NCBI GenBank assembly: GCA_963760795.1
Contig: CAVXEP010000007.1
Location: 104,146-168,145, forward strand
DNA from: an uncultured delta proteobacterium
Lineage (GTDB): Bacteria > Desulfobacterota > Binatia > UBA9968
Length of the DNA stretch: 64,000 nucleotides
Direction of reading: 5' to 3'
The notes beneath the pieces are model-generated. The model made no database searches. It saw only the letters and a list, made by a program, of their open reading frames with translations, and was not told the DNA's origin. Both the position numbers and the translations under genes were made by a program. Shown here one piece after another: positions 1 through 10,051 of the stretch (the first letter of the stretch is position 1; each line of letters begins with the position of its first letter).

Positions 1-106
1 GGACTGCCGCAGCGTTTGCCTCACCTCACTCTCCTCCGTGTCATCGGGGAGTTGAACGGAGCGAAGCGGTTGAACGGCTTGAACGTTTCGAACTTCTTTC
101 TTCAGC

Positions 107-1165
107 TCACCGCGGCGGCAATTTCTTCGGACCGGCGATGATTTTAAACAGCTCGATCGCCTCCGGGTCGCGCGGCACGTCTCTGATCGCCTTCTCGTGG
201 TTTTCCGGCAGCAACGGCGTCGGATCGTCGGCGGTGAGCTTGTGATAGTACTTGGCGAACTCGGGATCCAGATAGGTCTTGCGGAAAGCATCCTTCAAGA
301 TGTCGACACGATCCTTGGGTGTTCCCGGCGGCAGCACGAACGGCGTGCCGGTGACACGGAAGCCGCGCTGCAAGGCGAGCATCCTACGCTCACGGTCGTT
401 CTTGGCAAAAGTCTCGATCTCGGGCAGCTTGGCAAAAAATGGATGAGGGTGCTTGTCGCCTCGGGGCGTTTCCATGATCGCATGAATGTTGGCTAAACCC
501 TTGTCGATCCACTCGCGGTTGCGTTGCAGAATGGTGTCCGGGCCGGTGGCGCGGCCGTCGATCTCACCGCGCATCAGTGCCGGATCGAGCTCGGCGCCGC
601 CAAAGGCGGCGATGAACAACGGATCCTTGAGACCGAGCATGTAGCCGAACAGCCGCCCTTCATTGTAAGTGGAGAATCCGAGAGACTGGCCGCCGATCTT
701 GAGCCCGGTGGCCGCGCGCAGCTTGTCGAGGGTGTCGAGGCCGGCGTCTTTGCGGGTGACAAACACCGAGTGATAGGCGCTGTAGGGCGAGCCCAAGTAA
801 TGGAACTTATCGATATCGTATAAAACTCCGGATTCCCCGAGTATGGCAAGGGAAACCATGCCTGAGCTCAAGTTGCCGATGGTCAGGCCATCGGGACGGG
901 ACGAGCGGAACACATGATTGGCCGCCTTGCGGCTGCCGCCGCCAGGCATGAATTCCATGATAATCGTCGGACTGCCGGGAATATATTTTTGCAGGAACGG
1001 AACCAATGCGCGCACCCGCAAATCGCCGGTGCCGCCGGGGTCGCGGCCTTGCACGATGGTGATCGTCTTGCCTTGAAAGAACGGCGCTTGGCCGTAGGTT
1101 AGACTGGGAAATAAATGGCTGAATAACAGAACGCCGAGAGTAGCAAACCAATTCGACCTGTTCAT
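107..1165 (-). CDS. Bug/TctC-family tripartite tricarboxylate transporter substrate-binding protein
   Basis: Signal peptide; FFQGKTITI, PGGTGD, MPGGG, PDGLTIG motifs. Confidence 0.9.
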   Translation of the reverse strand: MNRSNWFATLGVLLFSHLFPSLTYGQAPFFQGKTITIVQGRDPGGTGDLRVRALVPFLQKYIPGSPTIIMEFMPGGGSRKAANHVFRSSRPDGLTIGNLSSGMVSLAILGESGVLYDIDKFHYLGSPYSAYHSVFVTRKDAGLDTLDKLRAATGLKIGGQSLGFSTYNEGRLFGYMLGLKDPLFIAAFGGAELDPALMRGEIDGRATGPDTILQRNREWIDKGLANIHAIMETPRGDKHPHPFFAKLPEIETFAKNDRERRMLALQRGFRVTGTPFVLPPGTPKDRVDILKDAFRKTYLDPEFAKYYHKLTADDPTPLLPENHEKAIRDVPRDPEAIELFKIIAGPKKLPPR

Positions 1166-1234
1166 CTTTGCCTCCTGACTGACTACCGAGGACTTGTACG
1201 CTATTTGTCGCTTCGGTCAAGTGATCTATCGCGC

Positions 1235-2272
1235 TCAGTTGCCCAAGACTTTCTTCAACCGCTCGATGATCTCCGGCGGCTGGCCGATGACTTCCTTGGC
1301 GAGTCTTTCCAGTTCTTCGCCGCCGACCGGATCGAATTCATAATTGCGCTTCTTCACGTCGGCGCGGAACTGCTCGTCGGCCATGGTTTTGACGAAGGCG
1401 TCGCGCAGCGTCTTCAAGCGCTCCGCCGGCATTCCTGGCGGACCGAACATGGGCCGGCCCATGTCGTCGGCGCCGAGGAGCACGGTCGCTAACCGTCGCC
1501 CGGCCTCGGGAGTTTTATAGCGATCCATGATCTCAAAAATTGTCGGCGTATTGGGCAGGCGCGCGTCGCGTTTGCCGCCGCTCTGAAACATATGATGGAC
1601 AAAGTTGGTCTTGCGCCAGGTGTGATAGGGTTCGCGGCCGAAGAATGCTTCGATGGTAAACGCCCGGCAGTGAATTTCGCCGCGCTCGACGCCGAGATCG
1701 ATGTCGGTGCCGCCGGGATAGCCGGTGACGATTTGAAACTTGGCGCCGACCGTTTCTTGCAGCAGTTTGGGAAAGTAAGAGTCTGGCCCGGTGACGCCGG
1801 TGGCGCCGCATTTGGGCGGTTCCTTGGCGGTGCGGACTTCTTCGATGGTTTTGTACGGACTGTCGGCGCGCATGTACATCTGACTGTTGCCGCGCGCCGG
1901 CGAGCCGATCCAGGCAAATTTCGACCAATCGAATTGAATCTCCGTTCTGCCGACCAGCTGATTCAGATAGAGCGAGGGAATGACCGAGCCGATGATCGTC
2001 AGGCCGTCCGGCTTGACCCCGGTGTACAGATGGTTGACCGCGATCACATGGCCCGCGCCGGGCATGTTCTGAACGACGAAACTGGGATTGCCGGGGATAT
2101 GCCGGCCCATATGGTCGACGATCAGCCGCGCCCAGAAATCGTAAAGATTCCCCGGCGGCGTGCCGACCAGCACGCGGATAGTCTTGCCTTGGTAGAAGGG
2201 GGCCTGCGCTTGAGCGATAGCGCTGAATCCTAAGAGAAAGCTGCAGAGAACCAGCCAGAAGCACTTTTTCAT
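1235..2272 (-). CDS. Bug/TctC-family substrate-binding protein
   Basis: Start moved to MKKCFW (ATG 2272, GGAGG upstream); FYQGKTI, QNMPGAG, KPDGLT, GYPGG, GEIHCR. Confidence 0.9.
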   Translation of the reverse strand: MKKCFWLVLCSFLLGFSAIAQAQAPFYQGKTIRVLVGTPPGNLYDFWARLIVDHMGRHIPGNPSFVVQNMPGAGHVIAVNHLYTGVKPDGLTIIGSVIPSLYLNQLVGRTEIQFDWSKFAWIGSPARGNSQMYMRADSPYKTIEEVRTAKEPPKCGATGVTGPDSYFPKLLQETVGAKFQIVTGYPGGTDIDLGVERGEIHCRAFTIEAFFGREPYHTWRKTNFVHHMFQSGGKRDARLPNTPTIFEIMDRYKTPEAGRRLATVLLGADDMGRPMFGPPGMPAERLKTLRDAFVKTMADEQFRADVKKRNYEFDPVGGEELERLAKEVIGQPPEIIERLKKVLGN

Positions 2273-2331
2273 TTCGCACCTCCGAGACTTGAACATTGCG
2301 CTGGCTACTGTACTAAAAAAACGCCGTAATG

Positions 2332-3432
2332 CTAGAGGGATTTTTTTGCAATCAGCGTCTCCAACCAAGGGCGGAACTCGTTGATCTTGTCTTTGTGCTC
2401 TTCCAAGCCGGTGAAGAGATACTCTTTCTTCGGGTCGAGGATGTAGAACGGGTTGACGATGCCTTCTTTGGCGATGTCGACGCGCAGGGAGTTTTCGCGG
2501 GTGAGTTTTTGAAATTGGCTCTGGCCGTCGCGGCTCAAGATCCAGTTCAAGAAAACTTTGGCGGCATTGACATTGGGCGATGAGGCGAGCCAGGCGGCTG
2601 GGTCGGTGCCGGCTCCCACGGCGGCGATGCCTTCGAAATGGATCGGCACCACCGGCAGCCCCTTGACCGCCAGGTCGTCGCAATCGACGCCGCCGATGGC
2701 GATGGCGTACTTGCCGCTGGCCACCCAGTCGGCGATCTGCGGCAAATTCCTAGAGATCGTCACATCCATCTCGCCGTAGAGACGCTTTAAGTATTCGGCA
2801 CCGAGATCCTTACGAGAGTAGACCGTGTACATCTGATTGCGCGCGCTGCCGATGCGCAAATCCTGCGAGACGATCTTGCTCTTCCACTTGGGCTGGAGCA
2901 GATCCCAGTAACTTTTGAGCTCATTGGCTTTGACTAAGTTGGTATTGATGCACGCCGCCGTGTAGGGCACGGCGCGCCACATGGCGACGAATTTATCTTC
3001 ATTGTCGGCAAACCAAAGTTTGCCTTTGAACCAAGCGTTGGCATCGAGGACTTCCGGGAGCACGAGCGCGGGACGGATCGGCTGGAGCAAACCTTTGTCT
3101 TTGAGCGTGCCGAGCAGAATGTCGGTGCCGCCGAGAACCAGATCGGCCTGGCGCATGCCGGCGCGCTGCTCGGCCATGATGCGCGAAATGAGTTCGCTGA
3201 TTCGCCCCGGCGTGTAGTTGACCCTGATTTTCGGAAACGCCTGTTGGAAAACCTCGGTGTAGAGTTTCTGCTGATCGGCGCCCGGGGGGCCGTAGATGAC
3301 GAGCTTGGCTTCTTTCTCCGCGGCGCGTTGGCTGGCTTCCCAGTCAGCTTTCCAATTCGCCGGCGCTTGCGCGGCGAAGAGCTCACCTCGCATGAGCAAA
3401 TGAATTAGTGCCAGAAAAATCAGGACTGCCAT
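2332..3432 (-). CDS. ABC extracellular solute-binding protein (AfuA/Fe3+/thiamine-like)
   Basis: Signal peptide; AAEKEAKLVIY, NTNLV, DLLQPKWK, PNVNAAKVFLNWILSRDGQ; start may be 3453. Confidence 0.85.
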   Translation of the reverse strand: MAVLIFLALIHLLMRGELFAAQAPANWKADWEASQRAAEKEAKLVIYGPPGADQQKLYTEVFQQAFPKIRVNYTPGRISELISRIMAEQRAGMRQADLVLGGTDILLGTLKDKGLLQPIRPALVLPEVLDANAWFKGKLWFADNEDKFVAMWRAVPYTAACINTNLVKANELKSYWDLLQPKWKSKIVSQDLRIGSARNQMYTVYSRKDLGAEYLKRLYGEMDVTISRNLPQIADWVASGKYAIAIGGVDCDDLAVKGLPVVPIHFEGIAAVGAGTDPAAWLASSPNVNAAKVFLNWILSRDGQSQFQKLTRENSLRVDIAKEGIVNPFYILDPKKEYLFTGLEEHKDKINEFRPWLETLIAKKSL

Positions 3433-3476
3433 TCTCGATACTCGATCATCCATCCTCGACCAGCCGTCGCGCCGAT

Positions 3477-4700
3477 TCAGATCCTTACCACCCGCGGCCG
3501 GTGCTCGACCATCTCGCCTTGATTTACCAGCCGGCCAGAGCCGACGACGTCGAAGTGGAGCATCTCAGTTTCTTTCAAGTCACGCAGGATGCCGGGCGGG
3601 TCGTCGCCGCGCATGACCGCTTGGATCGCCGACATCCAGAGCTTGCGCACTTGAATGACGCCCCGGTCTGAGTAGCCGAGATGCTCGGCGACGCGGTCGG
3701 CGATGCGGCCCTGGCCGATCTGCGCCGCAGCGTCCTGGCCGTTGACCGTGGTCATGTCGAACTTCATCCGGGTGCCGCGCAGGAGCGGCGGCGGCCGAGG
3801 CGAATTGCGTTTGGGCCGAATTGTCGAGCAGCCATCTTTGAATGGAAAAAATTTTAGAATGAATGACTGCGTGCTGTAGTCGTCCACCGGCACGCGCCAG
3901 GCAACATCGGCGAAATAGCCGTTTGGGTCGCCAGGGGTTGAACCGCCGTCATGAATGACCAGCACGGGGGGCGTGTACGAAACTTCTCGATGCCACTCCT
4001 TCCCGGCAACCGGACCCTGGCGCCGCGCCACGTAGCTGGCGAATAATTCATCGGCGAGCACTTCGAACTCCGGCGTTTCAGCGCGTTCCGGGTTTTCCCT
4101 GGCGCCGTTGACTTCGCGGCCATGCAGGATGGTGGCATGCACCGGGTCGAGGCAATTGTCGAGCTGGTTCAAGAAATTGCACTCGCGCACATAACCATCG
4201 TAAGTTCGCTCGCCATCCTGGCGAAACAGAAAGTCGTAGCGCGGAAACGGCGGCGGTTCGCCTGGCCCCATGTAGGCGAAAATTAGGCCGCCGACTTCTC
4301 GGGTGGGATAGGCTTTGAGCAGAATCTTAGCCTTAAAATTGCTGTCCGCAGGCTCGCCGGGCTGCTCGATGCAACGCCCGTTCACGTCGAACACCCAGCC
4401 ATGGTAGCAGCAGCGGATGCCGCCGGCTTCGATCCAGCCATATTCCAGCGAGGTGCCGCGGTGCGGGCAGGTCGGCTCGGTCAAACCGACACGGCCCTGC
4501 TCATCGCGGAAGATCAACAGGTCTTCGCCCAAGCGGCGGACAATTTTCGGCTCGTCGGAATTGATCTCTTGGGAAAAACTCACGGGCAGCCAGTAGCGCC
4601 GCAGGGTTTCGCCGGCCGGTGTGGCTGGGCCGACGCGGGTCATCATGTCGTTTTCTTGTTTGCTCCATGGTCCGATTCGTGTTAGGTGATTGGGTGGCAA
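3477..4700 (-). CDS. Rieske non-heme iron oxygenase alpha subunit (phthalate 4,5-dioxygenase-like)
   Basis: TRVGP..P.G..LRRYW N-terminus; CPHRG and CCYHGW Rieske ligands; DPVHATILH and QD mononuclear Fe site; start uncertain. Confidence 0.9.
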   Translation of the reverse strand: MPPNHLTRIGPWSKQENDMMTRVGPATPAGETLRRYWLPVSFSQEINSDEPKIVRRLGEDLLIFRDEQGRVGLTEPTCPHRGTSLEYGWIEAGGIRCCYHGWVFDVNGRCIEQPGEPADSNFKAKILLKAYPTREVGGLIFAYMGPGEPPPFPRYDFLFRQDGERTYDGYVRECNFLNQLDNCLDPVHATILHGREVNGARENPERAETPEFEVLADELFASYVARRQGPVAGKEWHREVSYTPPVLVIHDGGSTPGDPNGYFADVAWRVPVDDYSTQSFILKFFPFKDGCSTIRPKRNSPRPPPLLRGTRMKFDMTTVNGQDAAAQIGQGRIADRVAEHLGYSDRGVIQVRKLWMSAIQAVMRGDDPPGILRDLKETEMLHFDVVGSGRLVNQGEMVEHRPRVVRI

Positions 4701-4754
4701 ACTTCAAGATCGCCGATCCAACCCTAGCCGCAACGTTTTTGCTGCTTTTCAGCC

Positions 4755-4832
4755 GTAGGATGGGTGGAGCGTTAGCGATACCCATCATTCTGAACGGTGG
4801 GTATCGGCGCTTTGCGCCTCCACCCACCCGAC
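4755..4832. repeat. GTAG-type REP inverted pair (REPIN-like)
   Basis: gtaggatgggtggagc...gatacccatc and ggtgggtatc...ctccacccacccgac. Confidence 0.7.
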
Positions 4833-4884
4833 AATTCACTCGAAGTGCGCTTACTTTGATATCCCGCAGCCTGACTGTGGCATA

Positions 4885-5175
4885 TCATTTGACGACGTGG
4901 GTCAGAAAGTGGCCGCCGTCGCTCTTGACCGTCTGATACTTTGACGTCGCCTCGCGCATGGCGTTATGCACCGGCGTGCCCCGATGCTGGGTATGCGCCT
5001 CGACGCTGTCCCACTCGATCATCAAGATCACCCGGCTCGGATCTTCGACGCTGGTAAAAAACTTGATGCCATGGGAACCGGCGAAGTTGGCTTTCTTGAG
5101 AATGTCGGCAAAAACTTGGACATACTCGTCGCGCTTTTCCGGTTGGACCTGCTGAATGAGGATTTCTTGGATCAT
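4885..5175 (-). CDS. Antibiotic biosynthesis monooxygenase (ABM) family protein
   Basis: 96 aa; SVEDPSRVILMIEWDSVEAH; AGGAG RBS. Confidence 0.85.
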   Translation of the reverse strand: MIQEILIQQVQPEKRDEYVQVFADILKKANFAGSHGIKFFTSVEDPSRVILMIEWDSVEAHTQHRGTPVHNAMREATSKYQTVKSDGGHFLTHVVK

Positions 5176-5275
5176 GTTATTCTCCTGTTCAAATAGTTCA
5201 AATCGTTCAGTACCGCCTCAATTGCTGATGCTAACGTCATGACCCATAAATAGGTTTATTGAGCTGCTCAGGTTT

Positions 5276-5329
5276 CCCCCTTTGAAAAAGGCGGACTGAG
5301 GGGGATTTTCCCTTATCCCCTTTCCAAAG
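5276..5329. repeat. CCCCCTTT..AAAGGGGG palindromic repeat (degenerate copy)
   Basis: ccccctttgaaaaaggcggactgagggggattt; same family at 6537, 51443 and 55094. Confidence 0.75.
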
Positions 5330-5492
5330 CTGATCATGCGACGCATCTTGTTGGCTGGACACGGAGCTGCGGCGCCGGTGGCTCGGCAGGGTCAGACAGT
5401 GAAAATAGATCGACGCATGGAAGATCCTGTTGCGGCGAATCCTATGAGATCGGCCAGCCTTGTGTCAACGCGCGCAGCCGCGCTGTAAAAAT

Positions 5493-6536
5493 CTAATTGT
5501 CGCCCAGAAGTTCTTTAACTCGTCCGATCAGTTGCGGCGGCTGATCGATTACTTCCCGCGCCAAGGCTTGCAGTTCTTCGCCGCTGACTTGTTCCAAGCT
5601 CCAGTTACGTTTTCTTGCTTCTTCGATCAGATCGGGGTCTTTCAACGCGCGCGCGTAGGCTTCGCGCAGAATCTTCACACGCTCGGCGGGCGTTGCCGGC
5701 GGCGCGACGGCGGGATATTGGCCGAAATGATCGGCGCCGAGCAGCACCGCCGCTAGACGCTGTTTGGCTTCGGGCGTTTGATGGCGCGTCATCAGTTCGT
5801 AGATTGTCGGCACATCGGCGAGTTTTGGGTTACGCTTGCGCCCGCTCTGTACCAGGATGCGGACGAAGCCATTTTTCTGCCAACTGATAAACGGTTCGCG
5901 GGCGAGGAAAGACGCCGAGGACACCGAACGGCATTGCACTTCGCCTCTCTCGATGGCGAGGTCTTGATCGCTGCCGCTCTTGTAACCGGTGACGATGCGA
6001 AACTTCGCGCCCAGCGCATCTTCCAAAACTTTGAGGCTGATATGTCCGCTCGACCCCGGAGCCGTGGCGGAACATTTGGGCGGCTCGCCGGCAGTGCGAA
6101 TATTTTCTATCGATTTGTACGGCGCATCGGCGCGCATCATCAACAGCGCCTCAACCAGGCCCGCCGAGCCGATCCAGCTGAACTTGCGCCAATCGAACTG
6201 GACTTCGCGCCGGCCGGTGAGCTGCTGAAAATAAAGACTCGCCGAGATTTGGCCGAGGGTAAGGCCGTCCGGTTTGGCGACGCTGTAGAGATAATTGGCC
6301 GAGATCATCGAACCGCCGCCGGCCATATTCTGCGCCACGATGTTCGGGTTCCCTGGAATATATTTCACCAGATTGCGCGCCAGGGCGCGCGCCCAAAGAT
6401 CGTTGGCATCGCCGGCCGCCATGTTGACGATGAACGTCATGGTCTTGCCTCGATAGAAATCGCTTTGAGCTGATGCGGGGATGTTTGCGAAAAGCACCAT
6501 TGCGGCGCAGCTGAGAAGCCAAGCGAGCAGTCCCAT
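5493..6536 (-). CDS. Bug/TctC-family substrate-binding protein
   Basis: FYRGKT, QNMAGGG, KPDGLT, PPKCS, GEVQCR; start probably MGLLAW at 6536 because the upstream in-frame part is repeat-derived. Confidence 0.88.
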   Translation of the reverse strand: MGLLAWLLSCAAMVLFANIPASAQSDFYRGKTMTFIVNMAAGDANDLWARALARNLVKYIPGNPNIVAQNMAGGGSMISANYLYSVAKPDGLTLGQISASLYFQQLTGRREVQFDWRKFSWIGSAGLVEALLMMRADAPYKSIENIRTAGEPPKCSATAPGSSGHISLKVLEDALGAKFRIVTGYKSGSDQDLAIERGEVQCRSVSSASFLAREPFISWQKNGFVRILVQSGRKRNPKLADVPTIYELMTRHQTPEAKQRLAAVLLGADHFGQYPAVAPPATPAERVKILREAYARALKDPDLIEEARKRNWSLEQVSGEELQALAREVIDQPPQLIGRVKELLGDN

Positions 6537-6651
6537 CCCCCTTTGGAAAAGGGGGACTAAGGGGGATTTGTTTTTGCGTGCGTGGGAAAGTTCCGCCTGT
6601 GAAAATCCCCCTATAGAAAATCCCCCCATACCCCCCTTTTTCAAAGGGGGG
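6537..6651. repeat. CCCCCTTT..AAAGGGGG inverted-pair repeat
   Basis: ccccctttggaaaagggggactaagggggattt ... aaatccccccatacccccc..ttcaaagggggg. Confidence 0.85.
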
Positions 6652-6709
6652 AACTGCCAAGCATAGATCGAGCTGATCATTATACGTTCGCGGTAGAGGT
6701 CGTTTCAGT

Positions 6710-7434
6710 CTAAAAGGTAACGCGGGCCAGCTGGCCAACAGCTTGCCGAATCCGCGCAGCGGGTGTTTCAATCCAAGCTTGGACAGCATGTACCAATTCA
6801 TCGCCGGATTGCTCGCGACGACCGGCAGATTCAATTCGCGCTCCATCTGTTCAAGACACTCCATCGGATCGAGCACCGCACCTTGGAAATAGATCGCGTC
6901 CACTTGGCGCTGCTCGCTGATCGCCCGGCGCGCGTAGGCGATGACATCGTCGGGGGTCATTTTGAGCGCGTCGGTGTAGTGCGGCAAAGTTTCGCCAGGG
7001 GAAATGGCAACCAGGTCGAATCGGCCGAGAAAGTCGCGAATCAGTCGATTCAACGATGGATCGAACGGCGTGAGCAGGAGAATCCGTTTGGCGGCAAAAG
7101 TTGTCAGCGCCGCCGCCGAGGCGCGCAATGCCGTGGCGACGGGAATTTTGAGCGCCGCGGCAAAGGCGTCAGACAAATTAGGATTCAACACTTCGCGCGG
7201 CGCGCCGGGGAATATCAAGCCGTTTAGCTTCTGCTTGTCGGCGAACTGCACGGCGCGGCTGACGATCAAATCCAGTTTGCCCTGGACGTCATTCAAGACA
7301 CCGTCGTGCAGCACCAGCTGCTCGTAAAGGACTTCGACGTTGGCCGGCACCAAGTTGAGAAACTTTTTAATATGCGAGCTCGACTGCGCGCTGGGTCCGA
7401 GCCAGCCGATTCTTGGGTTGTGATTGTCAGACAT
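6710..7434 (-). CDS. Asp/Glu racemase - maleate isomerase / arylmalonate decarboxylase superfamily protein
   Basis: RIGWLGPS, AKRILLLTPF, EQMERELNLPVVASNPAM, GFGKLL; the stop is probably lost by a T-run deletion at ~6711 (CCT TTT AG), so the ORF runs on into the next gene. Confidence 0.8.
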
Positions 7435-7581
7435 CGGCCACTCCATTCGACGATTCTACTGCGCCGGCGTAGATTTAACTCCGCCGCGATCAGACTGCTT
7501 TCCCTATAGAGTAGAATCCGCCGCGCGATTGCCGCCGCACCATTGTCCGTAAGTAGCCGCGCTCAATGAGAAAAATCCATC

Positions 7582-7662
7582 TCACCACGAAGGACACGAA
7601 GAGCACGAAGTTCAGAGAATTAATTCTCCAAACCTTCGTGTCCTTCGTGACCTTCGTGGTAA
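7582..7662. repeat. CACGAAG-type inverted repeat (uninterrupted copy)
   Basis: caccacgaaggacacgaagagcacgaag ... cttcgtgtccttcgtgaccttcgtggt. Confidence 0.85.
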
Positions 7663-7725
7663 AAACTCTCTCCCATTTGGTTGCGGCTGTGCCGCGATTA
7701 GGGATTTGGCGGTTCGTTACTTTTT

Positions 7726-8828
7726 TTACGCCTGGCCCCAGACTTTAACGGCGGTATCGACTACCAACTTGAGCTTTTGCCACTGCTGCTCCTCCGTCAA
7801 CAGATTGCCCTCCATCGTCGAGGCGAAGCCGCATTGCGGACTGAGCGCGAGATTCTCCAACGGCACGTACTTGGCGGCTTGGTCGATGCGCCGGGCCAGT
7901 TGGTCCGCCGACTCCATGGCCGCCAGCTTGCTGCTCACCAGGCCGAGAACCACGCTCTTGCCGCCCGGCATGAAGCGCAGCGGTTCGAATGTCCCGGCGC
8001 GCTCGGACTCGTACTCGAGCAGAAACGTGTCGACCTGCAACTGGCCAAACAGTTTCTCGGCGATGGCGTCGTAGCCGCCCTCGGCGTACCACTGGCTGCG
8101 GTTGTTGCCGCGGCACAGATGTATCGCCATGATCACCCCCTCGCGCTGCGCTCCCTCCAGGCAAGCGTTGTCGGCGCGAATCGCTTCGTCAAGCGCCTGC
8201 TCGGGATCGAGCCCCATTTCGTCTTTCACGTAGCTGCGCCACTTCGGATCGATGTAGTAGCTGTAGCGCGGCGCGTCGATTTGGATGTAGCGCGCCCCTT
8301 GGGTCGACAAGGCGTCAATCTCGGCCTTGATCACCGGCACGATGTCCCACAGAAAAGCGGAATGGTTGGGATAGACCTGGTCGCTGATGCCTTTCTTATA
8401 ATAGATCGCGGGAAACTGATTGGCGGTGGGCAGCGTGACTTTGATGTCGCCAGGCTGCTGCTGCTTCAAGAAGGCGAACTCATGGTCGGTCAGGCGCCGG
8501 GTTTGTTTGATCTTGCCGACAACCGTGCCGGGCACCATCGAGGGACGGGACGATGCGCCGGCTGCCGTTTGCCAAGTGCGCGGCACCGCCACCCCTTCGT
8601 CGATTCCTTCCACGGCTTCGTTGAAATCGCTCATGAAGTTGCCGCGGCGCAGCTCGCCGTCGGTAAAGATCTTGAAACCGAGCTCCTTCTGCTTCTCGAT
8701 CACTCGCAGGATGTGCTGTCCTCGAGCGCGCGCAGCTCTGTGCCGCCGACATTCGCGCTGCGTGCCTGCAATAGCTCCGCGGGCCGAAGCAAACTGCCAA
8801 TGTGATCGGCGCGATACTGGGTTGCCAT
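7726..8828 (-). CDS. Cobalamin-independent methionine synthase II family protein, copy 1 (one frameshift ~8720)
   Basis: YRADHIGSLLRP, TDGELRR, HLCRGN, LLEYE, LSPQCGFAS; GGAGG RBS; 1-nt deletion relative to copy 2. Confidence 0.9.
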
Positions 8829-8919
8829 AATACCTCCTTAAGAGCCGCTTAATTGATCCCTGTCGATGCCTTTCCGCTTTCGCGGGAAAGACACCGGTAA
8901 CTAAACAAATGGTTCTCTC

Positions 8920-9933
8920 TTAACCAGTGATTGGCTCACTCTCTAATGACAAACCCGCCACAGTTGCCAACGCTCTCTGGGTATAAACCTTGGCCATGCG
9001 CTTACGATACCAATAGTCCAGATCGGCGTTGTCGAGGGGATGGGAAATCTTCGCCGCGGCATCGGCGACGGCGTCAATCAACTCCTTGGTGACTTTCTTG
9101 CCCTGAAGCAAGGTCAAGGCTTCGGTCACAACCTTTGGCGCCGAGGCGACCGCCGTCAGTACCACGCGCGCATCGCGGCATTCACCCCGATCATCGATGT
9201 CCAGGGTCGCCGCCACTCCCAGGATCGGAAAGTCGAAGGAGCCGCGCCGGCGCAGCTTCATGTAGATGTTGCGCCAGCCCAACACTTGCCGCGGGATGAG
9301 CAAACCTTTTAGCACTTCATCGTTAGCCTTGGTCGAATAGTCGATACCGTCATCGCGGTATAGCTCTTCGAGGTTGACCCGCCGCTCGCCTTTTGGACCG
9401 ACTAGGACCGCTTCCGCTCCCAAGCTCACCAGCACTGGCGCGGTATCCGATGACGCGATCGCCAGGCACTTGGCGCTGCCGGGAGCGACCAAACAAATAT
9501 CGCCGTCTTTCTTAATGCAGAAGCCGGCCGCCTGACGCCAGAAAAAAGTTTGGTCGTAATAGTTGCAGCGAGTGTCGACAAGAACGTTACCGCCGATGGT
9601 GCCCATGTTGCGTAGTTGCGGTGTGGAAACCGATACCGCCGCGTGGGCGAGGGCGGGAAAATGTTTTGCGATCAGGCGATGATGCGCAATCGCCGTAAGG
9701 CTTTCGCCGGCGCCGATCCATAGGCCTGCTTGGCTCTGGCGAATGCCTTTAAGCTCACGCAGCGATCGGAGCGAAATGAGATGACGCGGCGTGAATTGCC
9801 CGCGCTTCATTTTCGGATAGACGTCCGTGCCGCCGGCCACGAGCATCGCGTCCGGGCCAAATTCAGACAACATCTTCGTTGCTTGGCGCAACGTCCGTGG
9901 TTGAAGGTAATTAAATTCTGGTAGTCGAAGCAT
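8920..9933 (-). CDS. hcrB: Xanthine dehydrogenase-family FAD subunit, 4-hydroxybenzoyl-CoA reductase beta-like
   Basis: AGGTD, RNMGTIGGN; four-Cys insertion DTRC..GFC..DIC..KC, as in the [4Fe-4S] site of HcrB. Confidence 0.8.
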   Translation of the reverse strand: MLRLPEFNYLQPRTLRQATKMLSEFGPDAMLVAGGTDVYPKMKRGQFTPRHLISLRSLRELKGIRQSQAGLWIGAGESLTAIAHHRLIAKHFPALAHAAVSVSTPQLRNMGTIGGNVLVDTRCNYYDQTFFWRQAAGFCIKKDGDICLVAPGSAKCLAIASSDTAPVLVSLGAEAVLVGPKGERRVNLEELYRDDGIDYSTKANDEVLKGLLIPRQVLGWRNIYMKLRRRGSFDFPILGVAATLDIDDRGECRDARVVLTAVASAPKVVTEALTLLQGKKVTKELIDAVADAAAKISHPLDNADLDYWYRKRMAKVYTQRALATVAGLSLESEPITG

Positions 9934-9950
9934 GGTATCTCGATACCTGC

Positions 9951-10034
9951 ACCCTCACCCTTCCCTCTCCCTCGATTACGAGGGCGAGGGTAAGACTTTT
10001 CCCCTCTCCCGTTGGCAGAGGGCTAGGGTGAGGG
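9951..10034. repeat. CCCTCACCC..CCCTCTCCC palindromic repeat
   Basis: ccctcacccttccctctccc ... ccctctcccgttggcagagggctagggtgaggg. Confidence 0.7.
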
Positions 10035-10051
10035 AATTCTGTGACATAATT

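Noticed and set aside
1235-2683. 482-aa ORF as one protein
   Set aside because: The N-terminal extension overlaps the upstream SBP out of frame; the real start is 2272 with an RBS
6151-7446. 431-aa racemase-family fusion
   Set aside because: The C-terminal part is an off-frame read of the repeat and the Bug gene after a probable homopolymer error
8829-8919. SAM or cobalamin riboswitch upstream of the MetE-II genes
   Set aside because: No consensus elements here or upstream of 40170, only repeat-derived hairpins
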